Below are positions 28,152 through 37,353 of a DNA stretch of 64,000 bases, one piece after another. Numbering within the stretch: the first letter of the stretch is position 1; the number at the start of each line of letters is the position of its first letter. The translations under genes and the position numbers were made by a program. The notes beneath the pieces are model-generated. The model was not told where the DNA came from and searched no databases. It saw only the letters and a program-made list of their open reading frames with translations. The DNA is from Limnochordaceae bacterium (GTDB lineage: Bacteria > Bacillota > Limnochordia > Limnochordales > DUMU01): contig JADBKQ010000005.1 in NCBI GenBank assembly GCA_014896305.1, positions 12,381 through 76,380 on the forward strand, given 5' to 3'.

Positions 28152-28180
28152 TGAAAAATGGGAGTCATACGGCTCCCATT
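28152..28180 (-). terminator. rho-independent terminator downstream of the zinc-ribbon gene
   Basis: The minus strand reads AATGGGAG-ccgtatga-CTCCCATT followed by TTTTT. A GC-rich 9-bp hairpin (28226-28247, GGTGCGCCC/GGGCGCACC) lies just upstream of it. Confidence 0.55.
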
Positions 28181-28280
28181 GTACGAGCTGCTGTTGGGAA
28201 AGTCCAGGATGCCGGCCCCCACGCCGGTGCGCCCCTGCGGGCGCACCTGGAAACTTATCCCTATCGCCGTGGGAGGCTGG

Positions 28281-28421
28281 CTACTTGCGCACGAACAGGT
28301 GACGAACGAACCGGGTAAGCCGGTCCGACTGAGGCTGGCGCTTCACATACAACGATGCTCCACAGCGCCGGCAATACTCCGCTCCCTGGTTGCGGGTTCC
28401 GCAATCACGGCAGACAACCAT
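28281..28421 (-). CDS. small zinc-ribbon protein (46 aa)
   Basis: MVVCRDCGTRNQGAEYCRRCGASL gives a CxxC-N11-CxxC pattern. GGGAGG lies 9 nt upstream of the ATG. A terminator follows. Confidence 0.55.
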   Translation of the reverse strand: MVVCRDCGTRNQGAEYCRRCGASLYVKRQPQSDRLTRFVRHLFVRK

Positions 28422-28807
28422 GGCCTCATGCCTCCCTTTCTCAACTTGTGTCCCCTGGATTCTGGGCCGGGAAGAAGCGGCGTCTTTCATTGGTGATCTT
28501 TTTGTCCCGCCTCTCTCTTTCCTGTCCCGCATTCAGGATACTAGCCCGACCTGTTCCAGGCAAGGGGATCAACGTTGGATTTACCGCATGTTAACGAAGA
28601 TTTCAACGAGATACGGGAGGGTTAGGCGGCAGTCCACCAGGAAAAAATTGGGCATCAATTATCCATTAGATTCCTGTTACGCCACCTATTCAGGGACAAA
28701 CGCAAGGGATAGAAGTTGTCCCGGTATTCCGGAATTCGTCCCGGCGGTGTGATGACATCTTTGCAGGTAAAGGTGGACAGGGCTCGCATGGGTCGCACAA
28801 CCATTGG

Positions 28808-28837
28808 TTGCCCATGACACCACTCCGGGGCTATACT
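28808..28837 (+). promoter_or_regulatory. possible sigma70 promoter for tauE-like operon (TTGCCC-N18-TATACT)
   Basis: Hexamers found by eye about 100 nt upstream of the TTG start at 28936. Confidence 0.3.
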
Positions 28838-28935
28838 AACAACATTCCCTCGCCCTCACTGGGATCGCATGCGTCACCCTCGACGCGCGTTCCTGCAGAC
28901 GAGGCAGCTAGGTGTCCTGAAGGGAGTGGGAAAGC

Positions 28936-29775
28936 TTGTCTTTTGTCGCCTTCTCCGCCTGGGCCTTCGGGGGCTCGGTAGCCGCCGGTCTGCTCGGCGC
29001 CCTCCTGGGACTGGGGGGCGGAATCATCGTAATTCCCCTGTTGACCCTCCTGCTCCACGTACCCATCCATGTAGCCGTGGGGGCGTCGGTGATATCGGTG
29101 GTGGCCACCTCGACTGCCAGCGCCGCGAGCTATGTCCGGCAGCACCTGACCAACATTCGCATCGGTATGTTTTTGGAGACGGCCACCGCTACCGGTGCTC
29201 TGCTGGGCGCTCTGATTGCGGGTTGGGTCCCGGGCCGCTGGCTCTTTTTGGCCTTCGCAGCCATCCTGGGGTACACGGCCTTTTACATGTTCCAGCATCG
29301 TCACGCGGATGCCACTCCGGCGACCCAGGATCACTCGCTGGCCCAAAAGCTGCACCTGGCCTCCAGCTATACAGATGAGCAGGGACAGATCATCCACTAT
29401 CATGTTCCCCGGGTTTGGCCGACCTACCTGGTCAGCTTATTGGCAGGAGGGTTCTCCGGGCTACTGGGCATTGGCGGGGGGATCTTCAAAGTTCCGGCCA
29501 TGGATGCCTGGATGCGGCTGCCAATCAAGGTGGCCACCGCCACCAGCAACTTCATGATCGGCGTCACGGCTGCTACCGGCGCCACCGTTTATCTTGCACG
29601 GGGGCAGATCGATCCCCTGGTGGCCGCCCCTGTTGCTCTCGGCGTCGTGTTGGGAGCACGGTTGGGGGCGAAAGTGATGCCGCGGATTCCCAGCCACATC
29701 CTGCGGCTCTTGTTCGTCCCGGTGCTCATCTGGATAGCCATCCAAATGATCCTGAAGGGGGTCGCTTCCGCATGA
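28936..29775 (+). CDS. TauE/SafE family sulfite/anion exporter (DUF81)
   Basis: Repeated GLLGALLGLGGGIIVIP and GLLGIGGGIFKVP motifs and about 8 TM segments. TTG start with GAAGGGAG upstream. Confidence 0.9.
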   Translation: MSFVAFSAWAFGGSVAAGLLGALLGLGGGIIVIPLLTLLLHVPIHVAVGASVISVVATSTASAASYVRQHLTNIRIGMFLETATATGALLGALIAGWVPGRWLFLAFAAILGYTAFYMFQHRHADATPATQDHSLAQKLHLASSYTDEQGQIIHYHVPRVWPTYLVSLLAGGFSGLLGIGGGIFKVPAMDAWMRLPIKVATATSNFMIGVTAATGATVYLARGQIDPLVAAPVALGVVLGARLGAKVMPRIPSHILRLLFVPVLIWIAIQMILKGVASA

Positions 29776-30188
29776 ACACACGATCGCTGACACCTTCTTC
29801 CGGATCCTCCGCTGCAGCAGCCGCACCGGCGGCTACGGAGGTCGACGAGGTGCAGCTGGAAACCACGATCAGCCGCTGGCTGGCCGCCGGCATGGTGATC
29901 AGCGCGATCTTGCTGGCGGCAGGCTGGCTCATCGCCCTGGTCCAGCACCCCAGTTCGGCCCTGCTCACTCGTCCTCTCCCACTGGCCAAGCTGCCAACGG
30001 CCCTCCGCCAGGAAACTGGGCCTGCCGTCGCCCTGCTCGGGTTGACCGCGCTCGCCCTTACCCCCATTGTGCGGGTACTGTTGACGCTAGGGCACTACTT
30101 CAACCGGAAAGAGTGGTCATTTGTGGTCATCACCGGCATCGTGCTGGTCACCATGGTGATCGGTTTCTTCTTGGGAGCCGCCGGCTGA
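29772..30188 (+). CDS. DUF1634 family membrane protein (usual TauE partner)
   Basis: The ATG overlaps the tauE stop (ATGA). Small protein with 3-4 TM helices, in the conserved position after DUF81 genes. Confidence 0.75.
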   Translation: MNTRSLTPSSGSSAAAAAPAATEVDEVQLETTISRWLAAGMVISAILLAAGWLIALVQHPSSALLTRPLPLAKLPTALRQETGPAVALLGLTALALTPIVRVLLTLGHYFNRKEWSFVVITGIVLVTMVIGFFLGAAG

Positions 30189-30228
30189 TCATCTACTTGG
30201 GGTCTCGTTCACGATGGGCTTGGGTGAG

Positions 30229-31416
30229 CTATAGACCCAACAGTCGCCGGCTGAGCGGCTGCAACGATCGGGTCAACTGCCGTACGGCGTTGTCGTCAAG
30301 GTCGCCCACCAAGGTGACCAGAAAGCCGGCAACCGCGATCTGGTGGATGGTCTGAGGTAACTGGGACCACACCTCGGACCACCACTCCGAAACGGTGGCC
30401 TGGTTAGGCAAGGACTTGCCCCCTAAGCCCAACCATCCCCGGGAGTCGCTGCTGAAGAGGTCCGATTGGGGTGGCACCGGCAGGGTCGGGCCCACCTGGC
30501 TGCTGCCGCTATTCATGTCCATCTTTTGTTGGTAAATCGAGACGATGCCCGCGCCGGTTTGCAAGCGGATCACCACGACCCGCTCGGCCGGCCGATCACC
30601 GGCGACCGTCTGAACATCCAGCCACCGGTACGACGAAGGAAGATTCCAGGGCACTAGCGTGCCGCCCTCACCCAACTGCCGTAACAACTCTGCGGACAAG
30701 GTCAGTTGAGCCCACTGATCCAGGCGTTGTAGCACGACCTGCCCGCTCCCGGACGGCTTGCTGAGAGCAAGCGCCTGGGTGGGTGGCACCGTGACACCCG
30801 ACCGAACGACCAGCACGAGCAGCTGGTTTTCCCCTCCGTATTGTTCCGCCCGCCACAGAAAACCATTGGCCTGGTCGACCCAGAGTAAATAGCGCACCGC
30901 GCTGGAGCCAGCCCCAGATGAAAGATCCACCTGGTAAACCGGACGTCCCGAAAACTCTGCCCCCCGCACCTGCGACTGCCAGGAGCCCGCGGACAATCGC
31001 CCGGCGAGTAACGATAGGGGTAGCGGTACGCCGCCCGTTTCCAGGATCTGCATGCGCAGCAGCAGGCTGGTCGAGGAGCTGTGGAGTACGTACGCCGAAC
31101 CGGTAACCCAGGCGGTCGTTCCGGTGGAGTCCTCCACCAGGTTGAGGGTGCGCCGGCCCTCCTGAACCATTCTTCGCAAGGGCGGAACTTGCCAGACCTC
31201 CCGGGTGGTGACCTCCCAGCGGCCATCCGGTAACCACTGCATGATGGATTCGCTATAGCGTACCGGCAGGTTCAGCTCGGCTCCCAATGCCTGGGCCAGG
31301 ACCCACCCTGCGCTTGGCAAAGACTGTGGAGAAGCGCTGGCAGCAGCGTGTCCCACGATGACGCTATCCAAGGCGATGCTGACGACCACACCCAGCGTAC
31401 CCACCCACAGGCGCAC
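30229..31416 (-). CDS. exported/anchored hypothetical protein downstream of the sigma/anti-sigma pair
   Basis: The longest ORF reaches 31626 but would overlap the anti-sigma gene by 119 nt. GTG 31416 gives an N-terminus (M)RLWVGTLGVVVSIALDSVIV that looks like a signal anchor. The start is uncertain and the function unknown. Confidence 0.5.
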   Translation of the reverse strand: MRLWVGTLGVVVSIALDSVIVGHAAASASPQSLPSAGWVLAQALGAELNLPVRYSESIMQWLPDGRWEVTTREVWQVPPLRRMVQEGRRTLNLVEDSTGTTAWVTGSAYVLHSSSTSLLLRMQILETGGVPLPLSLLAGRLSAGSWQSQVRGAEFSGRPVYQVDLSSGAGSSAVRYLLWVDQANGFLWRAEQYGGENQLLVLVVRSGVTVPPTQALALSKPSGSGQVVLQRLDQWAQLTLSAELLRQLGEGGTLVPWNLPSSYRWLDVQTVAGDRPAERVVVIRLQTGAGIVSIYQQKMDMNSGSSQVGPTLPVPPQSDLFSSDSRGWLGLGGKSLPNQATVSEWWSEVWSQLPQTIHQIAVAGFLVTLVGDLDDNAVRQLTRSLQPLSRRLLGL

Positions 31417-31507
31417 GGCTGCCGTGCAAGGAAACCCGTCCCTGCCCGCCCCTCCCCCAAAACCGCCGCTCGCCGCCGGTGAACGAGACGCCGGTCGGAG
31501 CTGAGAG

Positions 31508-32875
31508 TTAGTGGGCAGTGTTTGCCGAGCCGCCCCCGCTACCGTCCGGCGGGGCGGCCAACACCGCCAGCTGAACCACGGCTTGTTCCACCTGATCAGC
31601 AGAGGGAGTGCCCTGCTGTTGTGCATACGCCTGATGGTCCTCCTTCAACATCTGCCAGGTGGGTTGGGCCGCGGGCAAGGGCTCGGCGATCTTCTTCCCG
31701 GCACGGGATGGAGACGGGTTCTCCTTGCGGGACGGAGAGTCTTCGAAAGACGTTATCGCGGTCTCCAGCCCGGCTGTGCCACGAGCGGTCCCATCCGCTT
31801 CCCGCATCGGTTGTCCCCCGTTGCCCGCACGAGCCACCGTGGCCGGCACGACCTGCATCGACGCTGACGTTACCTGGGGTGTGACAGCCGGGGCTCCGAC
31901 CTGTGCCTCTGATACATGGGAGCCCATGTCGGCCACCCCTACCGACGCCGGGTGTAGCTGTGCAGGTTGCACCTGGCCGCCACTGGCGGAGCCGCCCTGC
32001 CCACCGTATGCGTCTCGGACCTGTGTGTCCCGTACCTGGCCAGGCGTGGCGAAACCCCTGTCGGATTCCTTCATTGAGGCAGAGCTTGCCCCGCCCTGGC
32101 TGGCGCTGGCAGGTGCCATCCCGTCTGCGGCTGCACCCTGTACCGCCCTCGCCCCGCCCAGCCAGGGATAGGAGTACGGCGAAAACATGGCTCTGGCCTG
32201 GCTGGTATCCTCGGACGCACTCCAGTCAGCCAGCACCAGCGTGCCGCTGCGCCCCGTTCGGCCATCGGTTGAGGGAGAAGTTTGGCCGCTTTCTTGCTTT
32301 CCCGTTGTTGTACCCGCCACCGCCATCCGATCTGCAGAAAGGTCCAACCCGGAGTCTGATCTCGACGCGGTCCCAGCGCCTGTCAGCATGAGCCGCCCCT
32401 GATTCACCACCTGCTCGGGAACAGACTCTGCCCCCGTCGTCATCACCGCCGGCGAAGGTTCCTGGGGCAAATCTGCCGATCGCGACCACGGGTAAGACCA
32501 ATTGGAAAAACCGCGACCCGCCACCACAAAGAGAGAGACCACCAGCGCTCCGGCCAGGCTGCTGGCTCCCCACCAGACAGAGGCCCGCATGCCTTGCGTC
32601 CGTACCCACGAGCGTTGCCAGTGGACCCTTGCCCTCTCCTGGGTCAGCTCCAGCCGTACCTTCCGCCAGATTCGTTCCGGTCGCACATCCAGAGGTACCG
32701 GAGCAATCTCGTCCAGCCGGCTGACCAGCGAGCGGACACGCCCCAGGGAGGCCACTTCCGCAGCGCAGAAAGGGCAGCGTTCCACGTGGTCCTCGATCCG
32801 GCGACGCCGTCCTGCCGGCAGTTCCCCATCCAACCAGGCCGACAGCTCCAGGTTGGACGGACACCGTTTGCCCAT
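31508..32875 (-). CDS. anti-sigma factor (zf-HC2 type) with single TM and long low-complexity ectodomain
   Basis: N-terminal CPSNLELSAWLDGEL...HVERCPFCAAEV (HxxxCxxC). TM helix WWGASSLAGALVVSLFVVAG. About 300 aa of S/G/A/Q-rich sequence. The start overlaps the sigma stop (TAATG). Confidence 0.8.
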   Translation of the reverse strand: MGKRCPSNLELSAWLDGELPAGRRRRIEDHVERCPFCAAEVASLGRVRSLVSRLDEIAPVPLDVRPERIWRKVRLELTQERARVHWQRSWVRTQGMRASVWWGASSLAGALVVSLFVVAGRGFSNWSYPWSRSADLPQEPSPAVMTTGAESVPEQVVNQGRLMLTGAGTASRSDSGLDLSADRMAVAGTTTGKQESGQTSPSTDGRTGRSGTLVLADWSASEDTSQARAMFSPYSYPWLGGARAVQGAAADGMAPASASQGGASSASMKESDRGFATPGQVRDTQVRDAYGGQGGSASGGQVQPAQLHPASVGVADMGSHVSEAQVGAPAVTPQVTSASMQVVPATVARAGNGGQPMREADGTARGTAGLETAITSFEDSPSRKENPSPSRAGKKIAEPLPAAQPTWQMLKEDHQAYAQQQGTPSADQVEQAVVQLAVLAAPPDGSGGGSANTAH

Positions 32876-33678
32876 TATGTGCGCCCTCCTCCTACCGCCT
32901 GAGCCCTCGGGGTGGCCATGGCAGAGTCGGGCGTCCTTGCCTCCGCCCGCCGCTCTCCTGCGCTCCCAGTCTGTCCAGACGGCTGCTGCACAGAGCGTTC
33001 GCTCTGCCAGACTCGCTCCAGACGCCGCCGGGTGCTGGCGCGGGCGTAAAAAAGCCGGGATTTGACCGTGCCCACGGCACAGCCCGTGATCCCGGCGATC
33101 TCTTCATAGCGGAAACCGTACAAATCGTGCAGGAGCAGGGTGGCCCGGTGGATATCCGACAACTGCGCCAACGCTCCCCGCAAAACAGAACGGAGCTCCT
33201 GCTGGTGGGCGGATTCTACGGGATCGCCTGCGGCGACGTCGGTCGTCTCGCCCGCCTCCTGCCCCAAACGGTCCAGGTCCAGACCGTTCTGAGAGTCGGC
33301 CTCGTCCGCCCCTACTGGTGCTACCAGGAGCTCCGGCCGGGCCTTGCGTCGCCGGGCCCAGTCACGGGCTACATTGGTGGCAATCCGGAAAACCCACGTG
33401 TCCACGCTGCTTTCCCTGCGAAAGGCCGGCAGGGCACGCCAGGCACGCAACAGCGTCTCCTGTACCAGGTCCTCCGCTGCGTCGGGCCCGGCCAGGCGGG
33501 CCAGGTACGGGAGCAGGCGGGCTTGATAGTGAAGCACCACCTTCTCGAACGCGTTCCGGTCTCCAGCTTGGCAGCGCTGGATCAAACTCTCCTCCACGGC
33601 CTCTGGTAAACCAGACCGGCCACCCGCTGCCTCCGTCTCCTCCGTGCGCCGGCCAAATAGGTGCCACTGCCCGCCCAT
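32875..33678 (-). CDS. ECF-type RNA polymerase sigma factor
   Basis: Region 2 is DLVQETLLRAWRALPAF...WVFRIATNVARDW. Region 4 is RATLLLHDLYGFRYEEIAGITGCAVGTVKSRLFYAR. ATG 33678 follows GGGGGGAGAGA. The longer track ORF (33822) was rejected. Confidence 0.9.
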   Translation of the reverse strand: MGGQWHLFGRRTEETEAAGGRSGLPEAVEESLIQRCQAGDRNAFEKVVLHYQARLLPYLARLAGPDAAEDLVQETLLRAWRALPAFRRESSVDTWVFRIATNVARDWARRRKARPELLVAPVGADEADSQNGLDLDRLGQEAGETTDVAAGDPVESAHQQELRSVLRGALAQLSDIHRATLLLHDLYGFRYEEIAGITGCAVGTVKSRLFYARASTRRRLERVWQSERSVQQPSGQTGSAGERRAEARTPDSAMATPRAQAVGGGRT

Positions 33679-33778
33679 TCTCTCCCCCCGCTTCCTGTGA
33701 AGCCAAGACGCAGCAACGACAGGAAACGTTCGGCACCGTCTGCGCCTCCTCCTGTATCCGGCAAGGATTGCCACCGAC

Positions 33779-34255
33779 CTATGCCAACAGGTTCGAACTC
33801 CTAGAACCCGTTGCCGGTTCACCCTCTGCCATTGCCGGCGGATTGATTGTGACCCGGTATGTCAGCTCACAGCCAGGCCGCAAGGAAGCCGCCACTGAAC
33901 AGTACTTCTCCTGAGACAGGCGGACGGTATCGGTCAGTTCTTTCTCGTGTCCTTCCAGGCCGGCGCCCCGGAAAACGTACTCCATCTCGATCCGCCGGAA
34001 AGCTTTGGGATGATCTTCCCGGCGCTCCGCACGGATCTGCAAGCGGAACTCTTCCACCTGGATCCGCCGCTTGCGTAAGATGCTGACCACATCCATGCCG
34101 GTACAACCGCCCAGCCCCATCAGGACCAACTCCATCGGCCGGGGACCGGCACCATAGCCTCCCACCTGCGGGTCCCCGTCTATAACGACCAGGTGGTTGG
34201 CCGGCCCCCGGGCGACAAACGTCATACCTTCCACGAAGCGTACGTCTACGTCCAT
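33779..34255 (-). CDS. OsmC/Ohr family peroxiredoxin-like protein
   Basis: Contains GPRPMELVLMGLGGCTGMDVVSILRK and ...EKYCSVAASL (the two conserved Cys). GGGAGG lies 7 nt upstream of ATG 34255. Confidence 0.9.
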   Translation of the reverse strand: MDVDVRFVEGMTFVARGPANHLVVIDGDPQVGGYGAGPRPMELVLMGLGGCTGMDVVSILRKRRIQVEEFRLQIRAERREDHPKAFRRIEMEYVFRGAGLEGHEKELTDTVRLSQEKYCSVAASLRPGCELTYRVTINPPAMAEGEPATGSRSSNLLA

Positions 34256-34390
34256 CCTGCGACCTCCCTGGCCCGCCACCCTCCGGCTACCGTTAGTGCC
34301 GGCCTGCACTCATTCCTCGGCTACCTGGATTATCCAGAGAGCCCGGCGGCAGGCTAGTTTTGGCTTAGCATATTCCGCTCTTAGCAGCCC

Positions 34391-34419
34391 TTGTCAAGAG
34401 CCCGAGCAATATGTATAGT
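34391..34419 (+). promoter_or_regulatory. sigma70-type promoter for the DUF3311-symporter operon (TTGTCA-N17-TATAGT)
   Basis: -35 at 34391-34396, -10 at 34414-34419, about 48 nt upstream of ATG 34467. TGTATA repeats straddle the -10. Confidence 0.45.
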
Positions 34420-34466
34420 AGTCGCACAGCTGTATATACACGTGTTAAAGCGAGAGGGGGAGTTCC

Positions 34467-34721
34467 ATGCATCCGGTGGAACGGAGGCTGGCCGCGCTGC
34501 TGGGCACCCTGGTGCTGCTCGCCTACCTCGTGCCTTTCACCCTCCTGACCCAGGTCAAGGCCTGGTACGGGGCGGGCCTTTTCTGGGTGCTGTTTGTGAT
34601 CGTGGTGGCCGGCATTCTGACCTACCAGACAAAGGGCTGGAAGGAAGCGGAAACCCCAGCCGCCAAGGTTCAACCCCAACCGGCCCATTCGACGACCGTT
34701 CACGCTGGCAGCAAAGACTGA
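34467..34721 (+). CDS. small 2-TM protein of the DUF3311/YhdT-like kind that precedes sodium:solute symporters
   Basis: 84 aa with two hydrophobic helices. GAGGGGGAG SD. Located immediately upstream of the SSS gene. Confidence 0.7.
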   Translation: MHPVERRLAALLGTLVLLAYLVPFTLLTQVKAWYGAGLFWVLFVIVVAGILTYQTKGWKEAETPAAKVQPQPAHSTTVHAGSKD

Positions 34722-34757
34722 CCTGGCGACACCTTGCGTTGGAAAAGGAGCGTCTTT

Positions 34758-36341
34758 ATGTCTACTACGGCCGTGCTATTGGCGATCGGAATCTACGTCC
34801 TGGCGACGACGGGCGTGGCGCTGTGGGCCCGCCGCGGCAGTGGCCAGACCCTGGAAGATTACTTTCTCGCCAACCGCACCCTGGGGGGAATCGTTTCCGC
34901 CCTGAGCTACAGTGCGACCACGTACAGTGCGTTCATGATGGTCGGCCTGGCCGGCCTCACCTACCGGGGCGGAATCGGCGCGCTGGGCTTTGAGTTGATT
35001 TATCTGTCCGGGCTGCTGCTGGTTGCCTTTTTCGGCCCCCGCTTTTGGCTGGCCGGACGCCGGTATGGAATCATTTCTCCGGCTGAACTGCTCTCCGTGC
35101 GATATGCAGACCGCCGGGTAGGCTGGGTCGCTGCCGTTCTCTCCCTCGTCTTCCTCGTCCCCTATAGCGCCGTCCAACTGATGGGCGTCGGCTACCTTCT
35201 CCAGGGGCTCAGTCAGGGAGCTATTCCCTTCCTGGCCGGCGTGCTCCTGGCCACCGTCGTCGCCATCGCCTGGGCCTGGCTGGGCGGCCTGCGTTCGGTC
35301 GCCTGGACCGATGCCGCCCAAGCTCTCCTCATGCTGGCCACGTCCATCCTGGTCGTGGTCTTCGCCCTCTCCCACCTGGGCGGGGTGCGACAGGCGGTGG
35401 AGCGCCTGACCGTGGAGACCCCCGACTGGCTCGCGGTACCCGGCGGTGGGAATTACTTTCAGTTTAGCACCTTCTTAGGGCTGAGCCTTCCCTGGTTCTT
35501 TTTCAGTCTGTCCAACCCCCAGGTCGCTCAGCGCCTGTTCGTCCCCCGCTCCCTCTCCGCCCTCCGCCGGATGTTGCTAGGCTTCATTGCGTTCGGCCTG
35601 ATCTACACCCTGCTCTCTGTTTCCTGGGGACTGGCCAGCCGGCTGCTCTTGCCCAACCTGGCCAACCCGGACCTGGCCACGCCTACTCTCCTTGCCTCCC
35701 ACGTCGTGCCGGACATCGTTGCTTTGCTCGCCATGGTCGGCATTACCGCCGCCGCCATCTCGACCATCGACTCCATCCTCCTTACGCTGGCGTCTCTGGT
35801 GGCGAGGGACGTCCTGCCGCTGGCCGAGTCCCGTCGCAAGCACGGCAATCCGCTCGCCTGGAGTCGCGGAGTGATCCTTCTGCTGGGCGTGGTGGCTTTC
35901 CTCTTTGCCCGCCTGCAATTGAACTGGATCGCGTTGCTCTCCGTCGCCTCCTCTGCCGGTCTACTCGCTTTGGTGCCGGCTAATGTCGGTGCCTTCTTCT
36001 GGAAGAAAGGAACCGCCCCTGGAGCGCTCGCCTCGCTCATCGGGGGTGGTCTGGTGAGCCTGGTGTTGCAGGCGACGGGGTGGAAGCCACTGGGCTGGTG
36101 GCCTGGCGTCTGGACCCTGCTGGTGGCGACAGGGCTGTTCATCGCGGTGAGCGAGGTGACCTCCGCCCCCACCGAGCGGGCCACCCAGTTCGTCGACGAG
36201 ATTGCCGCCGCCCTCCGTCCTTACCTGCCTGATTCGGGCCACATCCGGCCTTCGTTCAGCCCATCGACGTCGCCGGCGACGACGATGGGCTCACCACCGT
36301 CGGCAGCGTCTGCTCCAGGTTCGCCAGAAGCGTCTCGGTGA
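34758..36341 (+). CDS. sodium:solute symporter family (SSF) transporter
   Basis: ATG 34758 with AAAAGGAG 7 nt upstream. N-terminal ...EDYFLANRTLGG..SA.SYSATTYSAFMMVG, typical of SSF. About 13 TM segments. Confidence 0.9.
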   Translation: MSTTAVLLAIGIYVLATTGVALWARRGSGQTLEDYFLANRTLGGIVSALSYSATTYSAFMMVGLAGLTYRGGIGALGFELIYLSGLLLVAFFGPRFWLAGRRYGIISPAELLSVRYADRRVGWVAAVLSLVFLVPYSAVQLMGVGYLLQGLSQGAIPFLAGVLLATVVAIAWAWLGGLRSVAWTDAAQALLMLATSILVVVFALSHLGGVRQAVERLTVETPDWLAVPGGGNYFQFSTFLGLSLPWFFFSLSNPQVAQRLFVPRSLSALRRMLLGFIAFGLIYTLLSVSWGLASRLLLPNLANPDLATPTLLASHVVPDIVALLAMVGITAAAISTIDSILLTLASLVARDVLPLAESRRKHGNPLAWSRGVILLLGVVAFLFARLQLNWIALLSVASSAGLLALVPANVGAFFWKKGTAPGALASLIGGGLVSLVLQATGWKPLGWWPGVWTLLVATGLFIAVSEVTSAPTERATQFVDEIAAALRPYLPDSGHIRPSFSPSTSPATTMGSPPSAASAPGSPEASR

Positions 36342-37353
36342 TCGGGACGCCGAGGGATTGGTAGGCCAGCAAGAGCGACCCCCCGACCGGTGGCAGGCGG
36401 GGGGTCACCACTTGAGCCGCCGGCACGGCGGTGGTCACCGCTTGCCGAAAAGCGTCCAGCACCGTGGCGCCGGCGGCAAAGACCCCTCCAGCGTAGGAAA
36501 CCAGAATCGGCTCCGGCGATGAGGAAGCGGAAGCTCCGCTCCCCGGCCAGAGCCGCTGGATGACAGCAACTGCTAGCTCACCCAACAGACGCCCGGCCTG
36601 CGCCAGAATGCCCTGCGCGACCTTGTCCCCTTGCGCAGCGGCCAGGGCCACGGCCCGTCCCAGCCCGGCATACTCCGGCCGGGTCGCTTCGCCGTAGATC
36701 CAATCATGCAGTTCCCCTAACGTGTGTTTGCCCGCCAGTTGTGGGAGCAATTCCGTGAGCAACGTGGCCGGTCCGCGGCCGTCGGCCGCTTGCGTCGCTG
36801 CGGTCAGCCCTTGCCCAGCCAGCCAGTACCCAGAGCCCTCATCCCCCATCAGGTGCCCCCAACCACCGCTGGTAGCCTCACGGCCCTGCCGGTCTCGCCC
36901 GTAGCCGACCGACCCGGTACCCCCAATGACAATCACCCCCTCGCGACCGGCCAACGCCCCCATCCACGCGTTCATACTATCGTGAACGACCACCACCTGG
37001 CGTTCGGCCTGCACCACCGAGCGGATGATCTCCGCCATCCGGAGGTTGCCGCCGCTCATCCCGTACGCCGCCGCCAACAGGGTGGGAGGGTTGAGGCGGT
37101 TGCCGTTGCGCCGTTCGTAGGCGGCCTGAGCCGCCTGCAGAGCCGACAGAACTGCTCGCCGGCATCGCTCCGGCCCGCCCGGCTCGTTGATGTGATTGGC
37201 CGGTCCGGACCAGCCAGCAGCCAGCGCCCGGCCCTGGGTATCGGCCAGAACGGTCACTGTCTTGGTTTGCCCCCCGTCAGTCCCCGCGACCCAGCCGGGC
37301 CTGGCCGTCCCTGGCATCAGGGAGTTCCCCTCCCCCACCTGGCTACTACTCAT
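36256..37353 (-). CDS. BadF/BadG/BcrA/BcrD-type ATPase (N-acetylglucosamine-kinase-like sugar kinase)
   Basis: Contains AGTDGGQTKT (phosphate-1), IVIGGTGSVGYG and GGWGHLMGDEGSGYWLG, the ASKHA-fold motifs of this family. Confidence 0.85.
   Translation of the reverse strand: MSSSQVGEGNSLMPGTARPGWVAGTDGGQTKTVTVLADTQGRALAAGWSGPANHINEPGGPERCRRAVLSALQAAQAAYERRNGNRLNPPTLLAAAYGMSGGNLRMAEIIRSVVQAERQVVVVHDSMNAWMGALAGREGVIVIGGTGSVGYGRDRQGREATSGGWGHLMGDEGSGYWLAGQGLTAATQAADGRGPATLLTELLPQLAGKHTLGELHDWIYGEATRPEYAGLGRAVALAAAQGDKVAQGILAQAGRLLGELAVAVIQRLWPGSGASASSSPEPILVSYAGGVFAAGATVLDAFRQAVTTAVPAAQVVTPRLPPVGGSLLLAYQSLGVPITETLLANLEQTLPTVVSPSSSPATSMG

Noticed and set aside
28390-28752. 120-aa ORF, with an internal 54-aa basic peptide, in the zinc-ribbon/tauE spacer
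   Set aside because: No SD, AT-rich atypical codon usage, and overlap with the zinc-ribbon gene on the other strand. Treated as intergenic.
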